The notes beneath the pieces were generated by a model. That model searched no databases. It had not been told where the DNA came from and saw only the letters and a list, made by a program, of their open reading frames with translations. A DNA stretch of 64,000 nt, from the NCBI GenBank assembly GCA_964019335.1, contig OZ025649.1, positions 62,001-126,000 on the forward strand, given 5' to 3'. Shown here piece by piece: positions 1 to 10,600 of the stretch. Position numbers and translations under genes: made by a program. Position 1 is the first letter of the stretch; every line of letters begins with the position of its first letter. Source of the stretch: Diplonema japonicum (Eukaryota > Protista > Euglenozoa: Diplonemea).

Positions 1-1
1 T

Positions 2-112
2 ACAAAACACAGTCAAGCATCTGAGGCAAAAGAGGTTCTAGATGACTGCCTCCTGTCCAAGAGCAATGAAAGGTACCAAAAAGAAGTGCTTCTGCACCTA
101 CAACAGGGCTAA
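2..112 (+). CDS. Possible 3' end of an upstream gene (partial)
   Basis: Open frame from the window edge (TKHSQASEAKEVLDDCLLSKSNERYQKEVLLHLQQG) to TAA at 110-112, on the same strand as all other genes; no recognisable motif. Confidence 0.3.
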   Translation, partial: TKHSQASEAKEVLDDCLLSKSNERYQKEVLLHLQQG

Positions 113-211
113 CCCACTGGGGGTGAGCTGGCTGAGGGTGTCAGCCAGTGTTGGCTAAATTCCCACAGGACAAGATGGAACAACATGAAACACAGAACAA
201 TGATCTCCCCA

Positions 212-270
212 GAAAAACTCCTGGATGGAAAAATGCCTGGGTTTTTTTGGTGTCCAGGAGTTTTTCCATC
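212..270. repeat. Inverted repeats / hairpin upstream of the CAR-like gene
   Basis: GAAAAACTCCTGGA (212-225) is the reverse complement of 253-266. GATGGAAAAA (224-233) is the reverse complement of 261-270. Confidence 0.75.
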
Positions 271-354
271 TGGGAATTTTCCCATCTGACATTATTCGTT
301 TTACAGTATTTCTTTCTTACTCTTCTGCATATTCAGCATGTACTAAAAGGTAGA

Positions 355-3300
355 ATGAGCACAGAACATTCAAAAATTGTGATGGCAGGGTCACGAGTAG
401 TGCTAGACAATGGTGTAGAGTGTGAAGGTGAGGTACTGTGCCATGCAAGACCGAGGATTACAGAACGAGTAGGGTGTACAGGGTATGAGGTGGGGGAAGA
501 GGTTGTGATAAGTAGAGATATTATCTTCATGTCAGGGGCTGTTGTCTATGCTGGTGATATTGCTTGGGTACTCCCGATGACCTTTGACTGTGGTGATCCT
601 GATGTGTGGAGTACTGACGATCCTGAGAAACGTAGTGGCCTCATCAAAGTTCAAACTCACACAAAAGAAAGAACCACTGTTGTCTTGAAATTTAGTAATG
701 GTGACACCTTCACAGCATTGCCCTCCACACTGCGCACTAACAGCACCTATGTTAAACTCTCTACTGGAAACACTTTTCTTGCAGTGCCCAATGATATCAA
801 GAAGAAGGATTGTGTTCTTGTCACTGACGTCTTCAGCAAGACCACCCACCTTATCAAGGAGAACGTTCCTGTGCATAGTATTAAAGTTGTGAATACAAAA
901 CGCACCCTTCAACTAAAGAAAGGCCTCGTCAAAAAGGCTTCGATCTCCGTTCGTGATGTGCTAATCAACAGCTGCAAAGTACACCAGAGCTCCCCTATCG
1001 TTGGGGAATACACCCCTTCCGTCCCTGTCAAATGGTGGTCGTATGCTGAAGCCTACCGTGTCTTCATCAACTTCGGCAAAATGCTACCCCCCAGGAACAC
1101 AGCTGTCATTATATCTGGCAGTGCAACCGTTAACCACTATTTCGCATATGTGGCCTCTCTCTTCAACGAAAACGTGCTGGTTCCTATCCCTGTCACCTTT
1201 AGTGCAGAACATGTAAAACTAGTTATCAGTGAGACTGAGGCTTCTATGGCCATTGTTGACTCCGGCCTGCTATCATTCTATAAGCATGCTGATTTGAAAG
1301 TCGCTACTTTAGACAAGAGAGTTGAGGGCCACGCTTTCTGTGGTGAGTGGGTAGAAGGAAGCAAGGAGTTGATTATAGATCTGCCTGTGTATACTGACAC
1401 AGACATTAGTGTTCAAGAAGAAGCTCTTATGATGTTCGCAGTACATACATCTCCTGTTCACACGGCACTTGAGACACACTTGCTGGTCGGGAAATGTACT
1501 CACCCTGACTTCGGGAGTGACGTGGAGTGCGTGGCTAGGATCGCAGGCATGGTCCGCAGGCACACCATGGGCTGGCTCTCGGTGGGCAACAAGAAGCCCC
1601 ATGAAGTGGTCTTTGACATCCTTGATGGTTTGCTGTTGATCCACAACGAGGACATCAGACTGACGGCAAGTGAAACAAAAGCCAAAACCTTTGAAGGCAT
1701 ATTCACACACTTCGGCACAGAGGGTAACTTTGTACTGTCCAAACCAACCTTCAGCGTTGTCAAGAATATACACATCGAAAACCTCGAAACCAACTGTGAA
1801 GCTTGTGGCAAACCCAGGCTCCCGTATTGCTCGGGGAGGTTTGTCCCAGTGACGTGCATGGACTGCGCTTCGAGGATACCACGTAACAGTCAATCTATGG
1901 GGTGCCTAAGTTGCGGGCTAGCTGTCTGCCAGGGGTGCCTGCTTGATAAGGTAGACAAGTCGAATGAAGTCAACCCCGAGGCTGGGTTACCACGTCTCGT
2001 GCTGTACACCAGCGGCTCAACAGGGATACCGAAGGGCGCCATTGTGTCTGAAGGTGCGTGTTTCAAGGAATTGCATGGTGGCATCACAAGAGGTAATCGT
2101 GAAAAAGCACTGCTGCTCACATCACCATTGGCAGTGTCTTCAGTTCCGAGCAAAGTTCTTTCGGCCATTGCTGAGGGTGGCAGGATAGCTGTCACTGACG
2201 GTGCCAACTTTTTACCGGGACTCCGTGAGGTGGGTCCGACAGCTGTGTCTTTTGCACCACAGATGCTCGCTACCTTCTACAAAGACTACCAAGGAAGGAT
2301 TGCAAAGGGCGAAGAGCAAAATGACCTGAACAAAGAGTTCCGTGCTAACTTTGGGTGCAGATTGCGCCTCATAAACTGCGGCGGAGCCAAACCACAAAAG
2401 GAAGTAATGGATTGGACAAAAGAAGTATTCTCGTATTGTTCCGTGACGGAGAACTATGCAGCCACCGAGACAGGCGCCATTAGCTTCACTTCGAATGGAG
2501 AGCTTGAGGGGGTGCTGGATGAGGATGCCGAGTACAAGCTTGTGGACTGGGGTGACTACAAAGCGTCGAATAGCCCACCGCAAGGGGAGCTGTGCATCAA
2601 GACGCCGTACATGTTCAGCGGGTACTTGAAGCGCGACGAGCTCACAAGCGAAGTTCTCGACAATGATGGCTTTTTCCACACTGGTGACCTTGTGGAGGTG
2701 AGGGAGGTCGCTGGTTTCAAGCCAAAAACTTTCATAAAAGTTATCGATAGGAAGAAAGCGTTCTTCAAATTGGCTAACAGTGAGTGGGTATCTCCTAGCG
2801 TTGTTGAGGAACATTTGCTGCGCTCTGATCTCATCGAGCAGATCTTTGTCCACGGCACCTCAGAAGACCAGGCAGTGGTTGCCCTTGTCGTTCCAACGAA
2901 GGAAGGAATCACGAGAAACATGTTGTTGGAAGAATGTAAGAGACTGGGCACAGAGGCAGGCCTTCGCAGATGTGAGATCCCTCATGCAGTGCACTTGGCT
3001 GAACCTTTCACTGAAGAGAACGGTCTGTTGACAATCACGTGTAAACTCTGCAGACCTAAGCTGCAAGAAGTTTTTGTTGACACACTTCAAGATCTCAGAC
3101 AACAAAGCAACAGAACCTACGACCTTGACGGTGATGACACTGTGGCCACTGTCTTGCGCATTATCAGAACTAATCTATATGTAGTGTCCCCGTGTGAGGA
3201 GGATACGAAGGCATGGGAAACCCTGCCCTTACATAATAGTATCAAAGCAATGCAAGTAAGCCTGGCGCTTAATCATCAACTAAACATCAAATTGCAGCCT

Positions 3301-4413
3301 GCAGTGTTACTTAGTGGTCACTCATTAGAAGCTATTCTCGGCCTCTGCAAATCCGACACTACTGCTGGCGAGGTGTCTCTTGAGGATTTGCAATGTGATC
3401 TGCAAGAAGCCCTGGTGCCTCCTGTGCGTGAGACACATGCAGGGCGCAGTGGTGTTCTTGTGACAGGAGCAAGCGGGTTCCTCGGCAGTGCTGTGACACA
3501 GAAGTTTCTATGTGACGGTCGTGATGTGTGTGTGCTGGTACGCAGCAAAGCACGCTTTTTGGCAGCGATGGCGTCGCGCAGCTACACCGGTGCACTCCCA
3601 AGGATTATTCAAGGTGACATAACCAAGCCGCAGCTGAGCATCAGCGAAGCAGACATGGCGCACATCCACGGCACAGTAGGCTACGTGGTGCATACTGCTG
3701 CCCAGGTGAATATGTTACTGGGTTACAAAGAACTGAAAGGGGCCAACGTGATGGCGGTGAGAAACGTGCTAGAGCTCTGCAGTGACGGCAAGCGGTTCAT
3801 ACATGTATCTACTGTTGGCTTCACCCCCGATAGCACCGCACCATGCCGTCTCGAAAACTGCATGAAGTACACTGGGTACAACCTCAGCAAGGCCATGGCC
3901 GAGTGTGTTGTAGAGGGTGCAAAGGAAACAGGCTATAATGTAAGCATTGTGAGGCCTGGTATGATAGGCCCCGATACCACCTGCGGTGCTTGTAATGTGA
4001 GTGACTACATCGTGAGGTACATAATGGGGTGTGCAGCAGCTCATGCTACCTGTGTTCCTAGTGGATCAATTTATTTGAGTTGTGTAAATTACGTGGCATC
4101 TGTCATAAGCGATGAGCTCGACAGCACAACTACGGTACCTATGCACGTACCCGCAGCTCGTGTCGACTTGGCTGCACTGATCAGTGGTTTGAGCAAGCAG
4201 CTTGATTTGAAATTTTGCCCTCCGGCAGCATGGCTTAAGGTGTTGGCCTCCCTCCCCGAATCCAACCCTATCTATCCTTTGAAGCACATGTTTGCAGAAG
4301 GCATCCCGCCTATGACAGACCATCTTTCCTCACCGTACTATATGCCCCCATCGTACGACCATCAGGCCGTGCATAATATCGGAGAGTGGCTTTTAAGACA
4401 ACCCGAGGCGTAG
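355..4413 (+). CDS. Carboxylic acid reductase-like NRPS-type enzyme (adenylation - carrier - thioester reductase)
   Basis: A-domain motifs LYTSGSTGIPKG, NYAATETG, GELCIKTP..FSGY, FFHTGD, IDRKK..FKLANSEWVSP. Degenerate carrier segment LPLHNSIKAMQV. R domain VLVTGASGFLG, HTAAQVN, GANV, HVST, GYNLSKAMAE, RPGMIG. Likely ATG is 355 (or 382) after a pyrimidine tract; the track's 148 start is a GTG upstream of that tract. Confidence 0.88.
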   Translation: MSTEHSKIVMAGSRVVLDNGVECEGEVLCHARPRITERVGCTGYEVGEEVVISRDIIFMSGAVVYAGDIAWVLPMTFDCGDPDVWSTDDPEKRSGLIKVQTHTKERTTVVLKFSNGDTFTALPSTLRTNSTYVKLSTGNTFLAVPNDIKKKDCVLVTDVFSKTTHLIKENVPVHSIKVVNTKRTLQLKKGLVKKASISVRDVLINSCKVHQSSPIVGEYTPSVPVKWWSYAEAYRVFINFGKMLPPRNTAVIISGSATVNHYFAYVASLFNENVLVPIPVTFSAEHVKLVISETEASMAIVDSGLLSFYKHADLKVATLDKRVEGHAFCGEWVEGSKELIIDLPVYTDTDISVQEEALMMFAVHTSPVHTALETHLLVGKCTHPDFGSDVECVARIAGMVRRHTMGWLSVGNKKPHEVVFDILDGLLLIHNEDIRLTASETKAKTFEGIFTHFGTEGNFVLSKPTFSVVKNIHIENLETNCEACGKPRLPYCSGRFVPVTCMDCASRIPRNSQSMGCLSCGLAVCQGCLLDKVDKSNEVNPEAGLPRLVLYTSGSTGIPKGAIVSEGACFKELHGGITRGNREKALLLTSPLAVSSVPSKVLSAIAEGGRIAVTDGANFLPGLREVGPTAVSFAPQMLATFYKDYQGRIAKGEEQNDLNKEFRANFGCRLRLINCGGAKPQKEVMDWTKEVFSYCSVTENYAATETGAISFTSNGELEGVLDEDAEYKLVDWGDYKASNSPPQGELCIKTPYMFSGYLKRDELTSEVLDNDGFFHTGDLVEVREVAGFKPKTFIKVIDRKKAFFKLANSEWVSPSVVEEHLLRSDLIEQIFVHGTSEDQAVVALVVPTKEGITRNMLLEECKRLGTEAGLRRCEIPHAVHLAEPFTEENGLLTITCKLCRPKLQEVFVDTLQDLRQQSNRTYDLDGDDTVATVLRIIRTNLYVVSPCEEDTKAWETLPLHNSIKAMQVSLALNHQLNIKLQPAVLLSGHSLEAILGLCKSDTTAGEVSLEDLQCDLQEALVPPVRETHAGRSGVLVTGASGFLGSAVTQKFLCDGRDVCVLVRSKARFLAAMASRSYTGALPRIIQGDITKPQLSISEADMAHIHGTVGYVVHTAAQVNMLLGYKELKGANVMAVRNVLELCSDGKRFIHVSTVGFTPDSTAPCRLENCMKYTGYNLSKAMAECVVEGAKETGYNVSIVRPGMIGPDTTCGACNVSDYIVRYIMGCAAAHATCVPSGSIYLSCVNYVASVISDELDSTTTVPMHVPAARVDLAALISGLSKQLDLKFCPPAAWLKVLASLPESNPIYPLKHMFAEGIPPMTDHLSSPYYMPPSYDHQAVHNIGEWLLRQPEA

Positions 4414-4610
4414 TTGCCCTGGGCACCATCTGTCTGATGTCCCTTGCCTTCACATATGACCTGTGTTTTTTTTTCCTCCCCCCCCTTTTTTTTGCGTCAG
4501 GCAGCCACCGCGGTGGGCCGTTACTAACCACTTCGTTTCCTATCCTAGTGAATTTCTTTTTGATTTATCATGTAATCATGACCCTACTTTACTCGCAGCC
4601 TCATGACGAA

Positions 4611-7600
4611 ATGTTGCTGGTGTTCTGGGCGACAAGTCTCGTCGGGCTAGTGGCGATAGGGGGTGCATATGAGGCGAGTGTTGTGCTGTTTGCGGGTCTG
4701 GCAGGGCAGGTGATACGGTATGAGTGGAGCGCTGATGACGTAGGCAAACGGGTGTGGGCAGGACTCGGGAAAGATGCATGTGACAGTGTCAATAGTAAGA
4801 GTGTCACAACTGATGTACTGACTGGGGAGGCTGTGGTAGTGTGGGAGGTGCCTGTTACATTCTTAGAGGTAGGCTCTATATGGATTGTGTGCGAGGGTAT
4901 CATAGATGCACCACAGCCGCCGTCAAGTTCTTTCAACATGACCGGTCACACCATCACGGTGGTTGAAGGCTTCAGAACAGGACTCCCTGTCACTTACTAC
5001 ACCTTGCCGAGCACAACTCTCACCATCGAAGTGCCTCTGTGGGCGAAGGCCACTGCTGTAACTTACACTTTGAAAAACTGCCAGTCATCTTCAAGCTTCG
5101 TTCTCTTAGATGGCTTCACAATTGAGGTGTCCAAGCTAGTCCCCAAGGGGGGTGATGTTTGTATGGCAGCTTCGATCAACCGGACAGCCTACGACTGGGA
5201 ATATTCTCATCTTGCAATAATCCCTTTGGTTACAGTGACAGCCCCCCAGGAAGCAACTGTGTTTGCTGCGTCCACGATTTTCAAGAGTATAACAACGGAA
5301 GTGTTTTTTGCAATGGATCACGAAGTTAGCTTGGTTGCAGGGTTCTGCGGCAAGGATCCAGAAGTGAGTGGTACTGTAACTGCTAATGGCAGCCTACTTC
5401 AAGTACATGACATACGGCATGAGATCCCTCTTGCACTCTGTGTGAAGCTTGCGAACACAAGCTGGATGAAATTGCTGGATATCTTTCCAATCACGGTGGT
5501 TTCAGTAACACTCAGATCACTTGAAGGAGACAGGACAGAACGAGTTAGTGTGGGTGGTGTGGAAGCGGGTGACATTGTTGTTTTCTCGGCAGATCTGTTC
5601 CTCATCTCGGCTGTCTTCAGCGGTCGTGAGGCAGCCACGGACCTGCTGTTGCGAAGTAATCTTGGACCATTGGAGAGACCTCTCTCAATACCCTCACAAG
5701 GACCCCTCACAGACCACAACCTCACTCTTGCTACTACGTTTTCCTCTGCCACCACTACCATGTCAATTCACTCTATACCCCTTATTGCTACATGGGGAAC
5801 AGATACTACTGTTGTTTCTAAAGTCCCCACAGCAGTACCGCCGGCTGAACTACAGGGATATAACTTCAGCCTCTGCGGGTATCCCGACTGGTTGGGAGTA
5901 GAGAACGGCAGCTGGTGGGTGAATATTAGCTCACGGGTAGACTTATGCTTCACGACAGCACAGCGAACATACCAAACTGGTGTTGGGTACACTGCGGCGG
6001 TTGTAAAGCTGGCAGGAGTCGAAGTTTCAGAAGACGCAGTGATTCCAGTAGCAGCGGAGGAATGGCACATGGATGGCACCATCCCGCAAGCTGTAAGTGT
6101 TAGTATTGGAGAAGCTAAAAACACTATTAAAGAGGCAAGCGGCATTGTCAGTGTCAAAGGAGGTTGGACCGGGCGGGTCCACACACGCACCTCCAGCAAG
6201 CTGCCGTGGTCGCAAACAAGAATCTTCGTTAATTTACGTGTTGTGTTCCGAGAGGTTGGACAAACGTGGCCTAAAGTAAAGGTCTCCCCTACCATCGGGG
6301 CATCTGTGCTGGTGGTTGGCGAAGGCTTTGATACGGGTTGTTCGCTGTATTTTTCTTCGGATTGCAAACCACGAAGTTCTGCAAACACTGAGTCTCAAGT
6401 TACATTCGCAACCGACACGAACACTTGGCGTACTGTGCTGCTACTCGACATGTACATCACCAATGTGCTCCTTTGTTTCCATATTAGCAACACAACACGA
6501 GGTGCCCTTACTGCCGCCCAGGTTTCGATTTCTGGGCTGATCTCGATCTTATCAGTGCCTCCTCCTGTGAAGCTGAACCTGATGTCCAACCGCAGCAACG
6601 CGGTGCCCATACGGTACATAACAGACGGCAGTGCAAGTCTCTATGCTTCCGAAGAGACCAACACTTGTGTACAGTCTGCGAATGTTGACGTAACTGTGAC
6701 TGCTGAACTTTTAGTTGTTTACCCACGAGACCTTGCGGGTAGGACACTGATTCTCTGCACAGCAGAAGGTGTTTTTACAGGACTGACCATGGTTATCCTG
6801 AGCAACGTGCCTATCAACGGCACAATACAACTACTGTCACACGGTGTGAGCCAAGTTGCTGTAGGGCTTGATAACTGGGTAGTTCTCAGCGACACGGGCT
6901 GCCCCCCTGCAAAGGGAATCGCCATCCCCGTGACAAGTGGTGTGGTAAGCATCCGGGGTACTGACACTGGCGAAGGTGTGATCTGCTTGGGACTAGAAGG
7001 CGATAATGATGTCACAAAGTTCTTTTTGGAAGTTGCGAGATATCAGGAAGTGGTATTTCGCGTACACGGCGCCACACTGGGGGAACCACTATTTGTGGCC
7101 GAGTCTCAAATGGAGACTCTTGTTCTTGAAAGTGTCACAGGCCTTCCTGAACGAATAGCTGTCGGCCACACATGTGCCACTGCTACCGTCCTTGTGTGGG
7201 ATGTGTTTAACACCGTAGTACATCTTAACACTTCTACGGTTCATGGGATGACCATCTGCGTTTCTCTCCACCCGAACCCCGACCTAATCACTACCGGAAT
7301 CACAATAACACCTGTTACCGCTTCTTTGCAGCAGTCTAGCATCCCCACAACCTCGCCCCCTACACGTGTAGGCCTACTGTCAGGGGCCACTGAAATAGGC
7401 ATTGTGCTGATGTCCAGTACAATGCACTTGCTGGAAGCACCTTCTGTTTCATATTATTTAGGCTATCGGGATACTCTTGCAAAGTGCGATGCGGCCACTT
7501 ATTCAGTCACACCCCTTTCCTACGCTGCAGGGTTGTGGGTCTCGAGTTATCTGCCTGTTGTCAATGTAGAAGTAATGGCGTGTCTTAAGGTGATCATGCG

Positions 7601-10600
7601 TGGGCATAGCACCGTTGCCTACAGCAGGCAATCGCTAACCTTGTTTCCTGTGAACAGCATCGGTGCTGCCAGCGCCGCACAGCCACTGCTGCCGTTGCTT
7701 GTTGGGATACCAAGCGAAATAAAAGTAAGTTATTCGGAATTAGGGGACACACGTCAATATTACATCGGCACCACTCTAGGTGCATCCGAGGCATGCACAG
7801 TGCAGGTTGTTACTGATTCATCAGTTGTACTTCTGTTTGAAGAAGCCACACGTACAGCCCCTTACTATCTTTGTCTGGGCGATAACATCACTGCGATGTA
7901 CCGTCTTGATGTGAAGACGACAGTGCTGTCAATTGCTCTCAGTAACGCAGGGGGGAAATCTGTTGCTTTATATCAAAACAATGCGGCAGAGCTCACTGTG
8001 ACGGCTCATGGCACTGAAATAACTGCACGGGACACGAGGGCGTACCTGATCTTTTCGTTACAACCCGTTGCATCTAGCTGCAAGGGGAATCTTGAAAGTT
8101 TTTCTGCTCCCATCTTTCTGACATCTTGCGGGAAGCTGCATATCAGCTCGGACCGAACTGCTAACAAGTCGAAGCTTGCACTGTGCGTTGCCGCTCAGTT
8201 GTCCCCCGAAGCTAACAGGGGCCACTTCGTAGACATGGGCCTCCGTGTCGAGATCACAGAGCCATCGAGATTGATGTTCGTAGTACAGCCAGCAGACGTC
8301 TTGCCGTCGGGTGTGTTCCTCACGCAGCCGACGCTTGCGATTTTTGATGCGAATCTCACAAAGGTTTCACTTGGCTCTGACTTAACAGTGCGTGCCGTGT
8401 GGTCTCCGGAGCCACCACAAAAAGCAAGCTACCTGTGGACAGCTTCAACAATCAAAAACCTGCAAGACACCTCAGAGATCGATTTCCAGAGTATCGATGG
8501 CATAGGTATACAGCTGCTGGGATATTTTGGTGTGCCATACGTGCTCCACGTGTCTGTGATAAGCAATGCTTTTGCTTTTGAGACAGCGGTTTCTTCTCCT
8601 GTTATGCTGACGGACTGTGCTGATAAACGGCAGTTCGCTCCTTTGCTTGAGCGGTCGTGCGTAGAGTGCCCTTCGGGGGCACTCTGCAAAGGTAACACTA
8701 CAATATTCGCTGACAAGAACTTCTGGAGAGCCAACACCAACGTATTCACATTCTACAAATGTCCTTTTGACGGTGTTTGCAACATGGGTAGCTGCAGCCC
8801 CGGGCACACGGGAGCATTATGCTCAGTGTGCGAACCAGGGTATGGTTTAAGCGGGAGCGGGTGCGTTCTGTGCAAACAGAAGTGGAGGGGTATCTTGTTG
8901 CTCACCTTCTTCGGCGTGGTGGGCCTCGTGTGGATTTCCATCCTTGTGGCGTCCACTTTGCAGGCAGCGCAGAATATATTGAACCCTGTTCCCATGATGC
9001 TTAAAATCACTCTCAACCACCTAGTCGTCAGCTCTCGCTTGGGTGACTTCAGCTCTGAGTTCCCTGCATTGCTTACAACTTTATTTAGCATCCAAAATGA
9101 AGCTTCTTCCTTTGGCATGAACAGCATGTCGGATGCTGACTGCGCGACAAAGTCGGCTCTCTCAACATACCACGTGTTCGTGCTGTGGATGATGGTGCCG
9201 CTGTTCATCATGGTAGGGACCTGGTTCATCCCCTTGTGCATATGGATATACAGAGCAGTAAAGAAGTGGATGGGTACCAAAGAAGAGAAGGTGGAAGAAG
9301 ACCATGGGGACGACTCATCAGCAGGCAGCGAGGAAGACGTCACTGACAACCCTGTGTTGTACCTTAAGATCCAGTTCGTGAAAGTGCGAGGAGGTGCTGC
9401 GGCAGATGCAGTGTCGATTTCAGGGGTACGGCTGCGGAGAGGAGCCCAAGAGCTAGATACAACAGACTACATGATTGACAACCCAGAGGGGAGCTGCCCG
9501 GAGGGCTGCGGGTGTGAGAACCTAACTGATGGTGTCTCTGAAACGTGTTGGGTAGATTATTACAAAAAGCCTTTGGTGGTTACACTAGCAAAGAGGCAGA
9601 ATGTAAGCGGCATTTCGTTCACAACATCGCCCAGCAACCCTGAGCGCGATCCCGTGCGATGGGCTGTGTACTGGTCTGCTGACGGTAGGGTGTGGGATCG
9701 CGTGAATAACCAATTCAAGGATTTCGCGACCACAACGGCAAGAGACGAGCACCTCCCATGGTTCCATCTCCTCCCTTCGCGTGGGGGTCTGGTACATGTT
9801 TATGTGGTGTCAGTCATCATCTTGCTATATGTAGCGTACCCCATCATCATTGAGAAGGCCGCCGTGATGATCAGCTGCGATAGGATAGACCTCGGCACTG
9901 ACCTCAACAACCTCACCATAGGTGCGACACCTGTGTCCCCGTCAGAGATATTGCAGGATGGGGACACCTTTTACACACGTCGTGCCACCGTCGATAGGTC
10001 ACTGTCATGCAACACCGACCAGCACTTCAGGTACATGGTGGCTGCCAATGTGTTTCTTGTGCTTTACGGTTTAGGGATGCCCCTAGGGATAGGCTGTGTC
10101 GTGTACCTCATGCGGCGGTACAAGGGAAAGAGGAATGCCTTCACACTATTCCACTTTCTTGTCTCGGGTTTGAATAAAAGGAGATGGTATTGGGAGCTGC
10201 TAACCATGATACGGAAGATGCTTATCATTGTTTTGATCAACTTTGTGGAAGCAGGCAGGCTGCAGACCTACCTCGCCATGTGGGTTATTTCTGTGTACTT
10301 AGTCCTCACGCTCCTCATGCGGCCGTTTAATACCAAGATGCCTGGCAAGCCTCACGAATTGGAACTTGCCTCGCTCTCCATCATATCCGTCACCTTAAAT
10401 CTCTCCCTTCTCTATGATCATGTGTCACGGCCTTCTTCGGATGACATTGACTGCCCAACAATTAGTTTTCAAGAATCGTGTCTCTTGGTGGGCTGCACGT
10501 GGGACAGTGTTGAAGCTGTGAACGCAACGGGGTGTAGCGGCTCAGGTAGTGGCAACACGTGGGTGTCTGGGAAGCAAACGGGCTACTACATCCTCACAGG

